This document shows, piece by piece, positions 55,690 through 64,000 of a stretch of 64,000 bases of DNA. Position 1 is the first letter of the stretch, and each line of letters begins with the position of its first letter. The notes under the pieces were generated by a model. That model was not told where the DNA came from, ran no database searches, and was given only the letters and a program-made list of their open reading frames with translations. The DNA lies in contig OZ024742.1 in the NCBI GenBank assembly GCA_964016885.1, positions 190,092,001-190,156,000 on the forward strand, read 5' to 3'. The DNA comes from Eledone cirrhosa (Eukaryota). The translations under genes were made by a program, and so were the position numbers.

Positions 55690-58600
55690 ACAACAACAAC
55701 AACAACATCAACTTCAACACGAAAAGCAACAACAAGTAAAATACCAACAGCAACATCAACACCGCAACAAAAACAACACGAACACTTATAACCACACCAA
55801 CATCACCAACAACAACAACCACACCACCAACAGCACCAACTCCCACATCAACAACAAAATCAACAACATTAATGCCAACAACACTACCAACACTATCTAC
55901 AACAACAAAACCAACACCAATTACAGCATCAGCATCAACATCAATAACAACAACAATACCAACAACAACACCAAAACCAACACAGAAACCAAAAGAATCA
56001 CCAACACCACCATCACAAACAACAACAGCATCACCAACACCAGCACCAAAACTAATACCAACACCAACAGCAGTATCAATAACAATGCCAACAAAAACAT
56101 CAAAACCAACCACACCATCAACACCAACATCACTAACAATAACACCAAAACCAATAGCAGTGCCAACAACAATATTAACAACATTAACACCAACCACACC
56201 ATCAACACCAACAACATCATCAAAATTAACATCAACACCAACAACATCATCAACATTAACATCAACACCAACAACATCATCAACATTAACGTCAACACCA
56301 ACAAAATCATCAACATTAACGTCAACGTCAACACCAACAACATCATCAACATCAACATTAACATCAAATCCAATAATAATGCCAACAGTAATATCAACAA
56401 CGTTAACACCAACATCAATATGAACACCAACAACAATACCAGCAACACAATAAACACCATCACCAACATCAGAACCAATACCAAAATCAGCACCTATACC
56501 AGCATCACCAACATCAACAACAACACCAACATCACCACCAACACCAACATCACCAACAACACCAACAACACCAACATCAACAACAACACCAACATCACCA
56601 CCAACACCAACATCACCAACAACACCAACATCACCAACAACACCAACAACACCAACATCACCAACATCACGAACACCACCAACAACACCAAAATCACCAA
56701 CAACACCAACAACACCAACACCACCAACAACACCAACATCACCAACAACACCAACATCACCAACACGAACAACACCAACAACACCAACAACAGGAACAAC
56801 ACCAACAACACCAACATCACCAACAACACCAACAACACCAACATCACCAACACCAACAACACCAACAACACCAACAACAGGAACAACACCTACAACACCA
56901 ACAACACCAACAACAGGAACAACACCAACATCACCAACACCACCAACAACACCAACAACACCAACATCACCAACGTCACCAACAACACCAACATCACCAC
57001 CAACACCAACACCACCAACAACACCAACAACACCAACGTCACCAACAACACCAACACCAACAACACCAACAACACCAACATCACCAACACCAACAACACC
57101 AACAACACCAACAACACCAACAACACCAACGTCACCAACAACACCAACACCAACAACACCAACAACACCAACATCACCAACACCAACAACACCAACAACA
57201 ACACCAACACCAACAACACCAACAACACCAACATCACCAACACCAACAACACCAACAACACCAACAACAACAACACCAACAACACCAACAACACCAACAA
57301 CACCAACATCACCAACACCAACAACACCAACAACACCAACATCACCAACAACACCAACAACACCAACAACACCAACAACACCAACACCAACAACACCACC
57401 AACAACACCAACAACACCAACACCACCAACAACACCAACAACACCAACAACACCAACATCACCAATAACACCAACAACACCAACAACACCAACATCACCA
57501 ACAACACCAACAACACCAACACCACCAACAACATCACCAACATCACCAACAACACCAACAACACCAACAACACCAACAACACCAACAACACCAACAACAC
57601 CAACAACAGGAACAACACCTACAACACCAACAACACCACCAACACCAACAACACCAACGTCACCAACACCAACAACACCAACGTCACCAACAACACCAAC
57701 AACACCAACAACACCAACGACACCAACGACACCAACAACACCAACACCACCAACAACATCACCAACATCACCAACAACACCAACAACACCAACAACACCA
57801 ACAACACCAACAACACCAACAACAGGAACAACACCTACAACACCAACAACACCACCAACACCAACAACACCAACGTCACCAACACCAACAACACCAACGT
57901 CACCAACAACACCAACAACACCAACAACACCAACAACACCAACAACACCAACAACACCAACAACAGGAACAACACCTACAACACCAACAACACCACCAAC
58001 ACCAACAACACCAACGTCACCAACACCAACAACACCAACGTCACCACCAACACCAACACCACCAACAACACCAACAACACCAACGTCACCAACAACACCA
58101 ACACCAACAACACCAACAACACCAACATCACCAACACCAACAACACCAACAACACCAACAACACCAACAACACCAACGTCACCAACAACACCAACAACAC
58201 CAACAACACCAACGACACCAACGACACCAACAACACCAACAACACCAACAACACCAACAACACCAACACCACCAACAACACCAACAACACCAACATCACC
58301 AATAACACCAACAACACCAACAACACCAACATCACCAACAACACCAACAACACCAACACCACCAACAACATCACCAACATCACCAACAACACCAACAACA
58401 CCAACAACACCAACAACACCAACAACACCAACACCACCAACAACATCAACAACACCAACATCAACAACACCACCAACATCACCAACAACACCAACAACAC
58501 CAACAAAACCAACACCAACAACACCAACAACACCAACAACACCAACAACACCAACAACACCAACAACACCAACGACACCAACGACACCAACAACACCAAC

Positions 58601-61600
58601 AACACCAACAACACCAACAACACCAACACCACCAACAACATCAACGACACCAACAACACCAACAACACCAACAACACCAACGACACCAACAACACCAACA
58701 ACACCAACAACACCAACGACACCAACGACACAAACAACACCAACAACACCAACAACACCAACAACACCAACACCACCAACAACATCAACGACACCAACAA
58801 CACCAACAACACCAACAACACCAACGACACCAACAACACCAACAACACCAACAACACCAACAACACCAACACCACCAACAACATCAACAACACCAACATC
58901 AACAACACCACCAACATCACCAACACCACCAACAACACCAACAACACCAACAACACCAACACCACCAACAACAACACCACCAACAACACCAACAACACCA
59001 CCAACACCAACAACACCAACACCACCAACAACATCAACAACACCAACATCAACAACACCACCAACACCACCAACATCACCAACAACACCAACAACACCAA
59101 CAACACCAACATCACCAACACCAACAACAACACCAACATCACCAACAACACCAACATCACCAACAACACCAACAACACCAACAACACCAACAACACCAAC
59201 ATCACCAACAACACCAACAACACCAACAACACCAACAACACCAACACCACCAACAACACCAACACCAACACCACCAACAACACCAACATCACCAACAACA
59301 CCAACAACACCAACACCACCAACAACACCAACAACACCAACAACACCAACATCACCAACAACACCAACATCACCAACACCACCAACAACACCAACAACAC
59401 CAACACCACCAACAACACCAACACCAACACCACCAACAACACCAACATCACCAACAACACCAACATCACCAACACCACCAACAACACCAACAACACCAAC
59501 AACACCAACATCACCAACAACACCAACATCACCAACACCACCAACAACACCAACAACACCAACAACACCAACACCACCAACAACACCAACATCACCAACA
59601 ACACCAACATCACCAACAACACCAACAACACCAACAACACCAACACCACCAACAACACCAACATCACCAACAACACCAACAACACCAACAACACCAACAC
59701 CAACACCACCAACAACACCAACATCACCAACAACACCAACAACACCAACACCACCAATACCAACACCACCAACAACACCAACATCACCAACAACACCAAC
59801 ATCACCAACACCACCAACAACACCAACATCACCAACACCAACAACACCAACAACACCAACAACACCAACAACACCAACAACACCACCAACACCAACAACA
59901 CCAACAACACCAACAACACCAACAACACCAACAACAGGAACAACACCAACAACACCAACATCACCAACAACACCAACAACACCAACATCACCAACACGAA
60001 CAACACCAACAACACCAACAACAGGAAAAACACCAACAACACCAACATCACCAACACCAACAACACCAACAACACCAACAACACCAACAACACCAACAAC
60101 ACCACCAACACCAACAACACCAACAACACCAACAACACCAACACCACCAACACCAACAACACCAACAACAGGAACAACACCAACAACACCAACATCACCA
60201 ACAACACCAACAACACCAACATCACCAACACGAACAACACCAACAACACCAACAACAGGAAAAACACCAACAACACCAACATCACCAACACCAACAACAC
60301 CAACAACACCAACAACACCAACAACACCACCAACACCAACAACACCAACAACACCAACACCACCAACACCAACAACACCAACAACACCAACAACAGGAAC
60401 AACACCAACAACACCAACATCACCAACAACACCAACAACACCAACACCACCAACACCAACAACACCAACAACACCAACATCACCAACAACACCAACAACA
60501 CCAACATCACCAACACGAACAACACGAACAACACCAACAACACCAACAACACCAACAACACCAACAACACCAACACCACCAACACCAACAACACCAACAA
60601 CACCAACACCACCAACACCACCAACACCAACAACACCAACAACACCAACAACACCAACAACACCAACATCACCAACACCAACAACACCAACAACACCAAC
60701 AACAGGAACAACACCAACAACACCAACAACAGGAAAAACACCAACAACACCAACATCACCAACATCACCAACATCACCAACACGAACAACACCAACAACA
60801 CCAACAACACCAACAACACCAACAACACCAACATCACCAACACCAACAACACCAACAACACCAACAACAGGAAAAACACCAACAACACCAACATCACCAA
60901 CACCAACAACACCAACATCACCAACACGAACAACACCAACAACACCAACAACACCAACAACACCAACAACACCAACACCACCAACACCAACAACACCAAC
61001 AACACCAACAACAGGAACAACACCAACAACACCAACATCACCAACAACACCAACAACACCAACATCACCAACACGAACAACACGAACAACACCAACAACA
61101 CCAACAACACCAACAACACCAACAACAGGAACAACACCAACAACACCAACAACACCAACAACACCAACAACACCAACATCACCAACAACACCAACAACAC
61201 CAACACCACCAACACCAACAACACCAACAACACCAACACCACCAACACCACCAACACCAACAACACCAACAACACCAACAACACCAACAACACCAACATC
61301 ACCAACACCAACAACACCAACAACACCAACAACAGGAACAACACCAACAACACCAACAACACCAACAACAGGAAAAACACCAACAACACCAACATCACCA
61401 ACATCACCAACATCACCAACACGAACAACACCAACAACACCAACAACACCAACAACACCAACAACACCAACAACACCAACACCACCAACACCAACAACAC
61501 CAACAACACCAACAACAGGAACAACACCAACAACACCAACATCACCAACAACACCAACAACACCAACATCACCAACACGAACAACACCAACAACACCAAC

Positions 61601-64000
61601 AACACCAACAACACCAACAACACCAACAACAGGAACAACACCAACAACACCAACAACACCAACAACACCAACAACACCAACAACACCAACAACACCAACA
61701 ACAGGAACAACACCAACAACACCAACAACACCAACAACACCAACAACACCAACAACAACACCAACAACACCAACATCACCAACACGAACAACACCAACAA
61801 CACCAACATCACCAACAACACCAACAACACCAACATCACCAACACGAACAACACCAACAACAACAACAACACCAACAACACCAACACCACCAACACCAAC
61901 AACACCAACAACACCAACAACACCAACAACACCAACAACACCAACAACACCAACAACACCAACAACACCAACATCACCAACACGAACAACACCAACAACA
62001 CCAACATCACCAACAACACCAACAACACCAACATCACCAACACGAACAACACCAACAACAACAACAACACCAACAACACCAACACCACCAACACCAACAA
62101 CACCAACAACACCAACAACACCAACAACACCAACAACACCACCAACACCAACAACACCAACAACACCAACAACACCAACAACACCAACACCACCAACAAC
62201 ACCAACATCACCAACAACACCAACAACACCAACATCACCAACACGAACAACACCAACAACAACAACAACACCAACAACACCAACACCACCAACACCAACA
62301 ACACCAACAACACCAACAACACCAACACCACCAACAACACCAACAACACCAACAACACCAACAACACCAACAACACCAACAACACCAACAACACCAACAA
62401 CACCAACATCACCAACACCAACAACACCAACAACACCAACAACAGGAACAACACCAACAACACCAACACCACCAACACCAACACCACCAACAACACCTAC
62501 AACACCAACATCACCAACACCACCAACAACACCAACATCACCACCAACACCAACAACACCAACATCACCAACATCACCAACATCACCAACAACACCAACA
62601 ACACCAACATCACCACCAACACCAACAACACCAACATCACCAACATCACCACCAACACCACCAACAACACCAACAACACCAACGTCACCAACACCAACAA
62701 CACCAACAACACCAACACCACCAACATCACCAACAACACCAACACCAACAACACCAACAACACCAACACCACCAACAACACCAACAACACCAACATCACC
62801 AATAACACCAACAACACCAACAACACCAACATCACCAACAACACCAACAACACCAACACCACCAACAACATCACCAAAATCACCAACAACACCAACAACA
62901 CCAACAACACCAACAACACCAACAACACCAACAACATCAACAACACCAACATCAACAACACCACCAACATCACCAACACCACCAACAACACCAACAACAC
63001 CAACAACACCAACAACACCAACAACACCAACAACACCAACAACACCAACACCACCAACAACATCAACAACACCAACATCAACAACACCACCAACACCACC
63101 AACACCAGCAACAACACCAACAACACCAACAACACCAACAACACCAACAACACCAACAACACCAACGACACCAACAACACCAACAACACCAACAACACCA
63201 ACAACACCAACAACACCAACGACACCAACAACACCAACAACACCAACAACACCAACGACACCAACAACACCAACAACACCAACAACACCAACAACACCAA
63301 CACCACCAACAACATCAACAACACCAACATCAACAACACCACCAGCATCACCAACACCACCAACAACACCAACAACACCAACAACACCAACACCACCAAC
63401 AACACCAACATCACCAACAACACCAACATCACCAACAACACCAACAACACCAACAACACCAACACCACCAACAACACCAACATCACCAACAACACCACCA
63501 AAACCAACAACACCAACAACACCAACAACACCAACAACACCAACAACACCAACACCACGAACAACACCAACATCACCAACAACACCAACAACACCAACAT
63601 CACCAACACGAACAACACCAACAACAACAACAACACCAACAACACCAACACCACCAACACCAACAACACCAACAACACCAACAACACCAACAACACCAAC
63701 ACCACCAACAACACCAACAACACCAACAACACCAACAACACCAACAACACCAACAACACCAACAACACCAACAACACCAACAACACCAACATCACCAACA
63801 CCAACAACACCAACAACACCAACAACAGGAACAACACCAACAACACCAACACCACCAACACCAACACCACCAACAACACCTACAACACCAACATCACCAA
63901 CACCACCAACAACACCAACATCACCACCAACACCAACAACACCAACATCACCAACATCACCAACATCACCAACAACACCAACAACACCAACATCACCACC
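55690..64000. repeat. More than 8 kb of triplet-phased CACCAACAA-type repeat, running off the window
   Basis: 6/9-bp units (ACACCA, ACACCAACA, TCACCAACA, ACAGGAACA). Degenerate at 55690-56500, homogeneous afterwards. Confidence 0.95.

Noticed and set aside
57976-62496. 1506-aa Leu/Val ORF and neighbouring LVL ORFs
   Set aside because: Antisense reading of the CACCAACAA repeat, with periodic TAG stops and no plausible protein features.

Overview
This is repeat-dominated, AT-rich eukaryotic (animal) DNA. The SINE families and microsatellite load suggest an octopod cephalopod (inference). No host protein-coding gene is supportable, and most listed ORFs are microsatellite translations. Contents: one decayed Tx1/L1-clade LINE (about 1.8-6.95 kb); at least six Penelope-like element (PLE) coding remnants (five Naiad-like with YRDD and/or CNC..CPL..C GIY-YIG motifs, one Neptune-like); many non-coding PLE pseudo-LTR ends; about 20 tRNA-derived SINE copies; an RTE fragment; a Helitron-like element; a mariner end; a 52-bp satellite with a 12-mer higher-order duplication; a 32-bp minisatellite; a 200-N gap; and more than 8 kb of CACCAACAA-type repeat. 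Reading both strands by eye gave about 19 type I hammerhead ribozyme (HHR) motifs, intact to degenerate, mostly with palindromic stem III and some with recurrent core variants. The most unusual signal is a hammerhead-like motif whose three strands occur in a non-circularly permuted (pseudoknotted) order, NUH then GAAA then CUGAUGA, at 803-868, 53130-53207 and 53765-53842. Its helices covary between two diverged PLE ends. All RNA structures were folded manually and none is computationally or experimentally verified.
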